A stretch of DNA of 64,000 nucleotides, taken from contig NZ_JAHFAQ010000001.1 in the NCBI RefSeq assembly GCF_023250475.1, forward strand, positions 134 through 64,133, written 5' to 3'. Each line of letters opens with the position of its first letter. The stretch's first letter is position 1. The notes below the pieces were generated by a model, which was given only the letters and a program-made list of their open reading frames with translations, did no database searches and had not been told where the DNA came from. The position numbers and the translations under genes are program-made. This document shows positions 1 through 7,986 of the stretch, one piece after another. The stretch comes from Sulfuricurvum sp. GTDB taxonomy: Bacteria; Campylobacterota; Campylobacteria; Campylobacterales; Sulfurimonadaceae.

Positions 1-451
1 TGTTTTTACTGCGAATGATATTGCAAGAATGAGTGAAGTTCAATTTGTTTCTGATCTTATTTATAGTTTAATTAATGGTCTCTCCGGTTATAGCGCATCG
101 TATTTAGACAATATGTATAAAATGTATGATGAAAGTTTCCCACAAATGGATGAAATTAGTAATCAATTAGATTTTATTTTCGATTTTGCTGCTTCTATAA
201 ATCCTGAGAAAATTTCCGACACTATTTTTAATAGACAACCAATATTTTTCTCACTTCTTTATGTCATTCATACCAAACAAACATTATCAATAAAAAAAGT
301 TGAACAAGCCATAATCGAAATTGACGAAAGATTTAGTTCTGATATAAATAAATCTGATGAAGATATTAACTTTTACAATGCTTGTTCTTCTACAACACAA
401 GGTATTGCATCACGTAGAATTCGGCATTCTTATATTCTTAGTTTCATGTAA
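1..451 (+). CDS. 5'-truncated protein, probably the C-terminal part of a DUF262 (ParB-like/GmrSD N-terminal) family protein
   Basis: Frame is open from the window start (VFTANDIARMSEVQFVSDL...). The segment resembles C-terminal regions of DUF262 proteins and the gene is 2 nt upstream of a HEPN gene. The DUF262 domain itself is not in the window. Confidence 0.5.
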   Translation, partial: VFTANDIARMSEVQFVSDLIYSLINGLSGYSASYLDNMYKMYDESFPQMDEISNQLDFIFDFAASINPEKISDTIFNRQPIFFSLLYVIHTKQTLSIKKVEQAIIEIDERFSSDINKSDEDINFYNACSSTTQGIASRRIRHSYILSFM

Positions 452-453
452 TT

Positions 454-1068
454 ATGCCTACTCCACAGTTATCTATTACGTTACGCAATGCGAATAATAT
501 CATTGATAAATTAGAAGATTATCGCAATCAATCACAAAGCCTTGATGTAAAGTACCAGTATTTTATTTCTGAAATGATCATGCTTAGGCTTTTTGGAGCT
601 TTTGAAGATTCAATATCTCAAATTGCTTTTAAATTAGCTTCCGGAGCTAGTTATACAAATGGGCTATCTCCTACTCTCAATATCAGAGCCAGTAATATAG
701 CTTCGGCAAGAGCATTATTTTTGCAACATGGAAGACCTAAAGCTATCCAAAATTTAAAATGGACACAAGCAAAACATATATCAGATAGTGTCAAATATGT
801 CATTCCGACAACAGAAAAATTTATTCAAAATGTACAATTCCACGGACGTATCATCAATGAGATGAGAATCATCCGGAATGTATTAGCGCATAGTTCAACA
901 AGTGCAAAAGCAGAATTTAAAACTTTAATACGGCAAACATATGGAGCACAATTACCTATTACAACTGGAACTTTTCTTACATCTACACGGCGTACATCAA
1001 TACCAAATTTACAAAAATATCTTTTGTCAACAAAAATCATTTTAAATGATATGACAAAAGGTACATAA
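454..1068 (+). CDS. HEPN-domain protein (MAE_28990/RiboL-PSP-like), putative RNase
   Basis: Rx4H motif RNVLAH (874-891) near the C-terminus, N-terminal conserved-Glu helix (LRLFGAFEDSI), all-helical 204 aa. Confidence 0.7.
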   Translation: MPTPQLSITLRNANNIIDKLEDYRNQSQSLDVKYQYFISEMIMLRLFGAFEDSISQIAFKLASGASYTNGLSPTLNIRASNIASARALFLQHGRPKAIQNLKWTQAKHISDSVKYVIPTTEKFIQNVQFHGRIINEMRIIRNVLAHSSTSAKAEFKTLIRQTYGAQLPITTGTFLTSTRRTSIPNLQKYLLSTKIILNDMTKGT

Positions 1069-1332
1069 CTACTTAATCAAATTCAATGCTTCATTTATTC
1101 TACCAATATCCTTAACCTCAATATTATATAGTATATAAATTGTCACATCTTCATCACTTGGGGGGCTGGGGGTGAAGCGTTGCGTAACCCTCCAGTAAAG
1201 CGGAGCGTTGATCTCTTAACGCACTACTCAAACACTTGCAGATCATTCGGGGGTCGATCACTTCGCATCCTTGGAAGTTTAACCCCTCGTTCTCATTGAT
1301 AATCATCAGACTTTTATTTAAGATAATATTAT

Positions 1333-1348
1333 TAATATCTAGATATTA
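1333..1348. repeat. Perfect 16-bp palindrome TAATATCTAGATATTA
   Basis: Read directly; lies in the non-coding island interval. Confidence 0.8.
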
Positions 1349-1400
1349 GTGCTTTTATCTTATGTAATTCTTATTAGGCGCGAGAGCCGCCGACGGGGTT

Positions 1401-1436
1401 CCCTGCGCTCGCGCAGGGGCAAAGGCGCGAAGCGCC
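1401..1436. other. Two adjacent GC-rich hairpins, the second containing the GCGAAGC mini-hairpin; possible origin (sso/oriT-like) structure
   Basis: CCCTGCG-ctcg-CGCAGGG (1401-1418) and GGCGC-gaa-GCGCC (1424-1436) in an otherwise AT-rich region. Function is inferred. Confidence 0.45.
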
Positions 1437-1534
1437 CTTGTCAACTTATCAAAAGTTTACAGACATTTTTCTAATCTATACTTTATCTACATCGTCTAAA
1501 ACCCTTGTGTTTACGATATTTACAAGCTATTATT

Positions 1535-1558
1535 GTATGTGTAAACGTATGTGTAAAC
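1535..1558 (+). repeat. Tandem 12-bp direct repeat GTATGTGTAAAC x2, candidate operator
   Basis: Exact repeat 13 nt upstream of the small RHH-like ORF; inverted GTTTAC copies at 1455 and 1509. Confidence 0.7.
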
Positions 1559-1571
1559 AAAAAGGTTATAT

Positions 1572-1742
1572 ATGTCAAGCTCTGAAAGATTAGATAGGTA
1601 CATAAAAAATAAGAAAAAATCGGGTCAAAAAAGAGTTTCTTTTTTTGTTGATGAAAAGGTTTGGAAGTATTTTAAAAAAAATGCATCTACAAAAAATATG
1701 ACAATAAATGAATATTTAAAACATATTCTAAATTTTAAATAA
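1572..1742 (+). CDS. 56-aa ribbon-helix-helix (CopG/Arc-like) DNA-binding protein, not in the ORF track
   Basis: Manual translation: MSSSERLDRYIKNKKKSGQKRVSFFVDEKVWKYFKKNASTKNMTINEYLKHILNFK. Strand RVSFFV followed by two helices; AAGG RBS upstream. Confidence 0.65.
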   Translation: MSSSERLDRYIKNKKKSGQKRVSFFVDEKVWKYFKKNASTKNMTINEYLKHILNFK

Positions 1743-1855
1743 TATTCATCTATTTCACATAAACTACATATTCTAAGATTTTCTTTATTTTAATATTGCC
1801 TATTCAACATCAAATGTGTATAATCGTTCTTACATGATTAACATAAAGGTTTAAT

Positions 1856-2914
1856 ATGGATTTTCAAATTGAAATCAAAGAGTTGGCCGAACGAGTTGCA
1901 AAATTAAAACCAAATATTTTGACAGAAGAGTCGACAAAACACTCTTTAATCATGCCATTTTTAAAAACCCTTGGATATGATGTATTTGACCCTACTGTAG
2001 TTGTCCCAGAATTTACAGCTGATATTGGACATAAAAAAGGTGAAAAAGTTGATTATGCTATTCTAAATGATGGAAAACCAATTATCCTTATTGAAGCAAA
2101 ACACCATACTGCAAACCTAGATAATCATAATAGTCAATTGCTAAGATACTACACAGTTACTGAAGCAAAATTCGGTATTCTTACCAATGGCATTGAATAC
2201 CGTTTCTTCACTGATTTAGATATAGTCAATAAAATGGATGATAAGCCATTTCTAACCATAAATCTTGAATCTCTTAAAGATAAACATATTAAAGACTTAG
2301 AGCAGTTTGCAAAAGATTCAATGAATATAGATCAAATATTGAGCATGGCAGGACGTAAAAAATATGTGAGTGAATTGCAATCTATTTTCAAAAAAGAGAT
2401 CAAAGACCCTTCCGATGATTTTGTTAAATTCTTTGCTAAAAAGATGACCGATAAAATGCTAACTCAAACAGTAGTCGAAGAGTATAAAACATTATGCAAA
2501 CTCGCATTTTCTGATATTGTCAATGAACTTGTATCGGACAAAATTAGCTCTTTGCAAGCAGGATTTATAGCGGAAGTTTCAAGTGCAGAAGAAGAGCAAC
2601 AACAAGATGATAAAAATACAATTGTAACTACTGAAGAAGAGCTTGAAGGATATTACATCGTAAAATCTATGCTAGGTGAAGTATGTCCAATAGCTGATAT
2701 AACATATAGAGATAATGCCTCATACTTTAATGTGCTCTATAAAAATAACTCATGGAAGTGGATTTGTCGTTTACACTTCAATTCAAAGCAAAAATATATA
2801 TCATTTCCTCTTGAAGATAAAAAAGAAGAAAAAATTGCTATCTCTAAAGTAGAGGATATCTATTCATTTAGAGATCGGCTGAAAGAAATTGTCACGAAAT
2901 ATACGTCAAATTAA
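1856..2914 (+). CDS. Type I restriction enzyme R N-terminal (HSDR_N) domain protein, COG4748-like PD-(D/E)xK nuclease
   Basis: EE.TK..LI.PFL..LGYDVFDP..V.PEF.AD...KKGEKVDYAI...IEAK motif and TNGIEYRF; no helicase domain. Confidence 0.8.
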   Translation: MDFQIEIKELAERVAKLKPNILTEESTKHSLIMPFLKTLGYDVFDPTVVVPEFTADIGHKKGEKVDYAILNDGKPIILIEAKHHTANLDNHNSQLLRYYTVTEAKFGILTNGIEYRFFTDLDIVNKMDDKPFLTINLESLKDKHIKDLEQFAKDSMNIDQILSMAGRKKYVSELQSIFKKEIKDPSDDFVKFFAKKMTDKMLTQTVVEEYKTLCKLAFSDIVNELVSDKISSLQAGFIAEVSSAEEEQQQDDKNTIVTTEEELEGYYIVKSMLGEVCPIADITYRDNASYFNVLYKNNSWKWICRLHFNSKQKYISFPLEDKKEEKIAISKVEDIYSFRDRLKEIVTKYTSN

Positions 2915-2931
2915 ATTTTAAAGGAAATAAA

Positions 2932-3117
2932 ATGAATGAGATTAAAGTCCAAGATGCAGAAAATAAAATTTGTCCATTTATGAGCAAGGCAGCATTAGAT
3001 GAAAAAAATCATCAATTTAAACTTTGTACAGCGTACTGTCAAACAACAAGTTGTATGGCTTGGCATGATACTTATAATGGCGGTGTATGTCTTTTAGTTT
3101 CTAGTAATTCATTATAA
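2932..3117 (+). CDS. Small Cys-rich hypothetical protein (mobile-element type)
   Basis: 61 aa with AAGG(A) RBS; pattern CPF...C...C...CMAW...GGVC. Confidence 0.55.
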   Translation: MNEIKVQDAENKICPFMSKAALDEKNHQFKLCTAYCQTTSCMAWHDTYNGGVCLLVSSNSL

Positions 3118-3126
3118 TTACTTCAA

Positions 3127-3145
3127 TAGGGCGTTAAATGCCCTA
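3127..3145 (+). terminator. Stem-loop downstream of the 61-aa ORF
   Basis: TAGGGC-gttaaat-GCCCTA, 9 nt after the stop; no clear U-tract. Confidence 0.35.
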
Positions 3146-3296
3146 CCCAAACATAAAAACTCTGCATTCATAATCTGTACAATGTTCGATGAAGATTCAT
3201 CTCTACAAAAATTAATTACATTCCAATTTACTTTGATTTTTTATCTCTGAATGATAAAATGCAAGCTATGGAGTTTCTGTCCGAAAGGACAAATCT

Positions 3297-4355
3297 ATGG
3301 CTAACATCCGTATTCGTTACGGAAATATACATATTGACTATATGGTTGATGGAGAACGTAAACGTAAGTCTACTGGTCTGCCTAACACTAAGGCAAATCG
3401 TGAGCTTGTTGAGCGATCCGTTATTCCTAAACTCGTTGGTATGATTGCTACTGGTGAAATTCATCGAAATAAGCCTAAAAACTTTGGGTATTACTTCAAT
3501 GAATTTTTAAAGACTAAGAACATTAACCGTTCTTTTAATTCAAAACTTCCTCATTGGAAAAAGTTAAACGAAACGTTTAAAGATATCAATATAGACAAGA
3601 TAACTCGCTTTAATATTAAACGGTATCTTTTGGATATGCCGATTAAGAATAATTCAAAGGGCGTCTATAAATCTGCATTACAAGAGATCTTTGAAATTGC
3701 TATTGACGATGAAGTGATCGTTAATAACCCTGCTGTAAATATCCGTTTAAAATCGGATCACAAGCAGAAAATAGACTTTTTTACAAAAGAGGAAGTCAAT
3801 ATTTTGCTCGAAAATGCTGAGGACGTTATGTTGGCTTATCTTATGATAGCTTTCAATACTGGTCTACGCCCTGAGGAGATTCTAGGTTTACAATGGGGAG
3901 ATATTTCGGATACACATATTAATATAAAACGGGTTCGTACTCGTGGACGTATAGATCATCCGAAAACTCGAAACTCTATTCGCTCTGTTCCCTACCCTGC
4001 TTTCATTATGGATAGTATTAAATCTATCTATAGTGGATCTATATTTATATTTGGGGATATTGACGATTCAACGGGTTTACGTTGTCCGTGGCGGAGCTTG
4101 TTAAAAAAGACCGGTCTTGGAAAAAGGAAGTTGTATAACACTCGTCATACGTTTGCGACGATCATGCTTCAAGATAGGATTGTGAGTATTAATGAACTGG
4201 CAGGTTTATTGGGACACTCAACACCTAAAATTACTCTTTCGCATTATGCTTCTGTGATCGAAGCAAAAACGATTGATTTGGGTATAAATTTCGATTTGTT
4301 TGGCACGTTTTCGTCACGCCAAAAAAATCAAGGTCTTTCAAACATCGTTAAATAG
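3297..4355 (+). CDS. Tyrosine recombinase / phage-type integrase
   Basis: Catalytic motifs TGLRPEE (R), KT (K), YNTRHTFA (H-x-x-R variant), LGHS and Tyr (HYA); N-terminal arm-binding-like region (YMVDGERKRKSTGL). Confidence 0.92.
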   Translation: MANIRIRYGNIHIDYMVDGERKRKSTGLPNTKANRELVERSVIPKLVGMIATGEIHRNKPKNFGYYFNEFLKTKNINRSFNSKLPHWKKLNETFKDINIDKITRFNIKRYLLDMPIKNNSKGVYKSALQEIFEIAIDDEVIVNNPAVNIRLKSDHKQKIDFFTKEEVNILLENAEDVMLAYLMIAFNTGLRPEEILGLQWGDISDTHINIKRVRTRGRIDHPKTRNSIRSVPYPAFIMDSIKSIYSGSIFIFGDIDDSTGLRCPWRSLLKKTGLGKRKLYNTRHTFATIMLQDRIVSINELAGLLGHSTPKITLSHYASVIEAKTIDLGINFDLFGTFSSRQKNQGLSNIVK

Positions 4356-4370
4356 GCGCTTTCAAGGAAA

Positions 4371-4700
4371 GTAGGTACAACGTAAGCCGGGTTCTGGATA
4401 AAGTGATAATTAATCTACTGCCTAGATTACTCTAGGCCTCTAGCGAAACAATAGCGATGTAGGACGCTAACCATCTGTTTCTTGCTGCGCGGTTGGGTTT
4501 ACATAGCTCTCTTAGTTGCCTAAGAGACTGGTGGGCTCTTACCCCGCCGTTTCACCCTTACCTCTTTCGAGGCGGTATACTCTCTGTTGCACTATCCCTC
4601 ATGTTACCATGGCCATCCGTTAGATGGAACCGTGTCCTACGGCAGCCCGGACTTTACCTCTTGGGATTACTAGTTCCAAGCTATCACCTGTTGTACCTGC
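4371..4700 (-). ncRNA. rnpB: RNase P RNA (bacterial type A)
   Basis: Minus strand carries GAGG(U)AAAGUCCGGGC, AGUGCAACAGAGAG, GGGUGAAACGG.GGUAAGAGCCCACC and the 3' CAGAACCCGGCUUAC; termini AGGUACAAC/GUUGUACCU pair as P1. Confidence 0.95.
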
Positions 4701-4716
4701 GTAATTATAGGGGATA

Positions 4717-6675
4717 TTAGATTAATTCCCCATCAGCGTTAATCACACCATTATTCTTTTGGAGCAACTCAAAAAAGGCTTTTTCGGGAATCGGTTTGGA
4801 AAAATAGTACCCTTGATAAAATTCGCATCCGCGTTCCTTGAGATACTCCATTTGATACTCCTCTTCAACCCCTTCGGCGATTACGCGCAGATTGAGGGTC
4901 TGTCCCATCGCGATAATCGTATTGAGCAAAATAGTTTCGTTCTTTTGGGTGCATGAGATATCGTCTACGAAACTTTTATCGATCTTTAATGAGTCTATCG
5001 GAAATTGGCGCAAATAGGACAATGAGGAGTACCCGGTTCCGAAGTCGTCCATACAGATATAGACACCAAGCGCTTTTATTTTTTTCAAAATCTCCAACGT
5101 TACCTCAAGATAATCCAACATAACGCTTTCGGTAATTTCAATTGCCAGCAAGCTTGGATCGATTCTATTGATTCGAACTGCCTCTTTAATCTCACCGTAC
5201 AAATTGAGATTTTGGAATTGCCGTGTGGATACATTACACGAGACATGAATCCCCTTATATCCGGCATCTTGTATCCGTTTGATGGCACGCGCCGTTTCTT
5301 CGATAATCCATGTACCGAGTTTTAAAATGAATCCGGTATTCTCGGCGATATAGATAAAATGATCGGGAGCTATCATCCCTTTTTCATAGTGATTCCATCG
5401 GAGCAGCGCTTCGGCACCTATAATTTTTCCGCTTTCAATATGAATTTTAGGCTGATAATAGAGTTCAAATTCTTCCTCTTCAAATGCCCGGTGCATATCA
5501 TTGGCAATGGCGACCTCTTCGTGTACTTTATTATTCAACGTTGTCGTAAAAAAGCTGAACTGGTCCCGTCCTTCCCCTTTTGCCTTATACATTGCGATAT
5601 CTGCGAATTTCATCAGTTCATTGATCTCTTTGGAATCATCCGGATAGATGGAAACTCCGATACTGGTAGAGAGACGAAGAAAATGGCTTTGGATACTCCA
5701 TTCATGATGAAACGCATTAAGAATTTTAGAGAGTACCGGTTCGATCGTCGTCGTCTCAATAAAATCGCTCAGTACAATAATAAACTCATCACCGCCGATA
5801 CGTGCGACAATGTCATTTTCACGAATAATTGATTTTAGTTTATCGGCGACCGATTTTAAAAGTTCATCTCCCACATTATGTCCGAGGGTATCGTTGATAT
5901 TTTTAAAATGGTCCAGATCCAAAAACAGTACGGCAAATTTTCGATCGTAACGATTAGCATTGGCTACCATCAGTTTTAACTGTGTATACAGACTATGACG
6001 ATTCGGCAGTCCCGTTAGAGAATCGTGAAGCGAAGCAAAACTAAGCTCTTCATTTAAGCCCATTACCTTATTCTCAGAACGGTTGAGTTCAATTGCGTAT
6101 TCAACCTGCAATTTCACAATGTATCCGATTACCAAAGTCTCGGCAATAACAAATATACCGTGTAATAGGACAATGTCTATTCCGCAACCGTAATTAAATA
6201 CCATCACCGGCATACCGAAAAGGGATACTTCATGCAGTTGTAAAAAATTAAAGACAAAATGGTGGAGTATCGTTGTAGCGGCAGCGACAACAATCGGAAT
6301 GATATCTTTATACAAAGAGAGGATGGCAAGTGCGATAAAAACATGAAAATGCATCTCGATACGCCCGAGATGCTGCTGAATATAAATCAAGGAAAAAAGC
6401 ATCATCCCCACACCCACCAAGGCCCGCATCACTTGCGTCCCTTTGAAAGTGCGGTAGGCCATCAGCAGAACGAGAGTAATAAGCCCTCCCCCTACAAAAC
6501 CGTACAAATACGTGTCATAACTGAGGGATGTGACAAAAGTTGCAATGATCCACTGAATAACGATCAGTACCAACATTACTTTATCGGCATGCAGAAAATG
6601 GTCGGTGAAATTTTTTTGAGCGAATTGAGGGATTTTCGGAAATCGGAAGAAATTATCCAAAGTTGTATGGATCAT
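4717..6675 (-). CDS. Membrane-bound diguanylate cyclase/phosphodiesterase (His-rich TM domain + GGDEF + EAL)
   Basis: GGDEF, RxxD I-site, EAL and DDFGTGYSS intact; N-terminal TM helices with EMHFH and HH. Confidence 0.9.
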   Translation of the reverse strand: MIHTTLDNFFRFPKIPQFAQKNFTDHFLHADKVMLVLIVIQWIIATFVTSLSYDTYLYGFVGGGLITLVLLMAYRTFKGTQVMRALVGVGMMLFSLIYIQQHLGRIEMHFHVFIALAILSLYKDIIPIVVAAATTILHHFVFNFLQLHEVSLFGMPVMVFNYGCGIDIVLLHGIFVIAETLVIGYIVKLQVEYAIELNRSENKVMGLNEELSFASLHDSLTGLPNRHSLYTQLKLMVANANRYDRKFAVLFLDLDHFKNINDTLGHNVGDELLKSVADKLKSIIRENDIVARIGGDEFIIVLSDFIETTTIEPVLSKILNAFHHEWSIQSHFLRLSTSIGVSIYPDDSKEINELMKFADIAMYKAKGEGRDQFSFFTTTLNNKVHEEVAIANDMHRAFEEEEFELYYQPKIHIESGKIIGAEALLRWNHYEKGMIAPDHFIYIAENTGFILKLGTWIIEETARAIKRIQDAGYKGIHVSCNVSTRQFQNLNLYGEIKEAVRINRIDPSLLAIEITESVMLDYLEVTLEILKKIKALGVYICMDDFGTGYSSLSYLRQFPIDSLKIDKSFVDDISCTQKNETILLNTIIAMGQTLNLRVIAEGVEEEYQMEYLKERGCEFYQGYYFSKPIPEKAFFELLQKNNGVINADGELI

Positions 6676-7253
6676 TTTTTCTCCTTTCGGAGTTGTAAGA
6701 TATCGTTACTCAACATTTCACGGTTTAACGGATGCATTGTATAAATAGATTTTAAAACCAGTGTACCATCTTTTTGCTTCTCAACTAAATACAAATGATC
6801 ACTGTGATCGATTTCGGTAGGCTCACGCATGCTTTTTGAAAAGAAAACGCCCAACTCTCTATCGATGCTCATCAGCTCTTTTTGGGATAAGTACACCCCT
6901 CTAAACATCGGATTAAATGATTTGGCGAATAGTTCAGGCTGATCCGGCTCTACTTCCGGCATCAAATTGACAAATGTCACTCCGACGGATCCCTTAAAAG
7001 CTGCAAACTCTTTTGAATCGTATAAATCGTCTAATTGAACTAAAATCGGTGTACATACTTTCACGCATCCCACATATCCGAAAAACACCAACATTAAGTC
7101 GTTGTTATATCCTTGCAGATACGGCGCATCAAGCTTTTTATTAATAATCATTTTACCGGTAGAGCGGTTTGCAAACAGTGTGGATTGAACGGCTGGAATG
7201 ACAAGAATCAGTAGAAAAAAGAACAAAATGCCAAGCATTGTTTTTTTAGTCAT
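6672..7253 (-). CDS. SCO1/SenC family copper chaperone
   Basis: FFGYVGCVKVCTP (CxxxC) and conserved His in IDHSDHLYL; N-terminal anchor. Confidence 0.85.
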   Translation of the reverse strand: MTKKTMLGILFFFLLILVIPAVQSTLFANRSTGKMIINKKLDAPYLQGYNNDLMLVFFGYVGCVKVCTPILVQLDDLYDSKEFAAFKGSVGVTFVNLMPEVEPDQPELFAKSFNPMFRGVYLSQKELMSIDRELGVFFSKSMREPTEIDHSDHLYLVEKQKDGTLVLKSIYTMHPLNREMLSNDILQLRKEKK

Positions 7254-7387
7254 TTTGTTCTGCTTTCTTGACTTTGTATTTTTGTTTCAACACGTACAAT
7301 CCATGCTATTTAATAGTAACACAAAAGGTTTGAAACAGAGAAAATTTTTGAAATAAAAAGATAGCGCGGAGTTAAGAGATACTATTT

Positions 7388-7405
7388 TTCCCGCCAAAGC
7401 GGGAA
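7388..7405 (-). terminator. Hairpin after oorC
   Basis: TTCCCGC-caaa-GCGGGAA just downstream of the stop; lacks a U-tract on the minus strand. Confidence 0.4.
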
Positions 7406-7413
7406 GAGATGAC

Positions 7414-7977
7414 TTACATCCCAATTTTAGCTTTAGCTTCTTTGGCGTATTTGATACCCAAATCCCATGCTTTGTTATTCACTTCATGCACTTTTTTCGG
7501 AACTTTTGAAAGCATAACTTCTTTCAATGTTTCCGGCTCGAGTACACCGGTAAATTCATTGGTAATACCCAATGCAACAACCGATTGGGTAATAACGTTA
7601 CCCACTTCTTCTTTGGCAATGGTGATGATCGGAATCTCGACAATAATCCATTTTTGACGGTCTTCTTCGGTTGGATGAACCAAGTTTGGCTCAACGACGA
7701 TGATTCCGCCCGGTTTGACACCGTTTTTGAACTGTTGGTAGCTCACGTTCGCAACCGAGAGCATGAAATCGATCTCACCCTCATTGGCATACGGGTAAAA
7801 AATCTCATTGTCATCGAGGGTAATATCAACAACCGTTGCTCCGCCGCGAACTTGTGACGTATAGGTAGCCGTTTTAAGCCCGTGGCCTCCCATTTTAATC
7901 TTGGCAGCCGCCATAATCTCACCGGCGAGAAGAACCCCTTGTCCACCGACGCCTGTAAATCGTATCGTATGTCTCAT
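7414..7977 (-). CDS. oorC: 2-oxoglutarate:ferredoxin oxidoreductase gamma subunit
   Basis: RFTGVGGQGVLLAG, YTSQVRGG; operon context. Confidence 0.92.
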   Translation of the reverse strand: MRHTIRFTGVGGQGVLLAGEIMAAAKIKMGGHGLKTATYTSQVRGGATVVDITLDDNEIFYPYANEGEIDFMLSVANVSYQQFKNGVKPGGIIVVEPNLVHPTEEDRQKWIIVEIPIITIAKEEVGNVITQSVVALGITNEFTGVLEPETLKEVMLSKVPKKVHEVNNKAWDLGIKYAKEAKAKIGM

Positions 7978-7986
7978 GGTTTCTCC

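Larger units (their letters stand above)
1..4370. mobile_element. Right end of an integrative element/genomic island adjacent to the rnpB 3' end
   Basis: Visibly AT-richer than the core genes that follow. Contains a tyrosine integrase ending at 4355, 15 nt from the rnpB 3' end, plus defence-like cargo. The left boundary lies outside the window, so the att duplication cannot be confirmed. Confidence 0.75.

Noticed and set aside
1069-1230. Open minus-strand frame ending ...EVKDIGRINEALNLIK*
   Set aside because: No ATG or RBS; stops immediately upstream; too short to support.
3228-3464. 78-aa minus and 61-aa plus ORFs over the integrase start (possible excisionase)
   Set aside because: No HTH/Xis features or RBS; alternative frames of the integrase 5' region.
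4493-4720. 75-aa plus-strand ORF
   Set aside because: Antisense shadow of the rnpB RNA gene.
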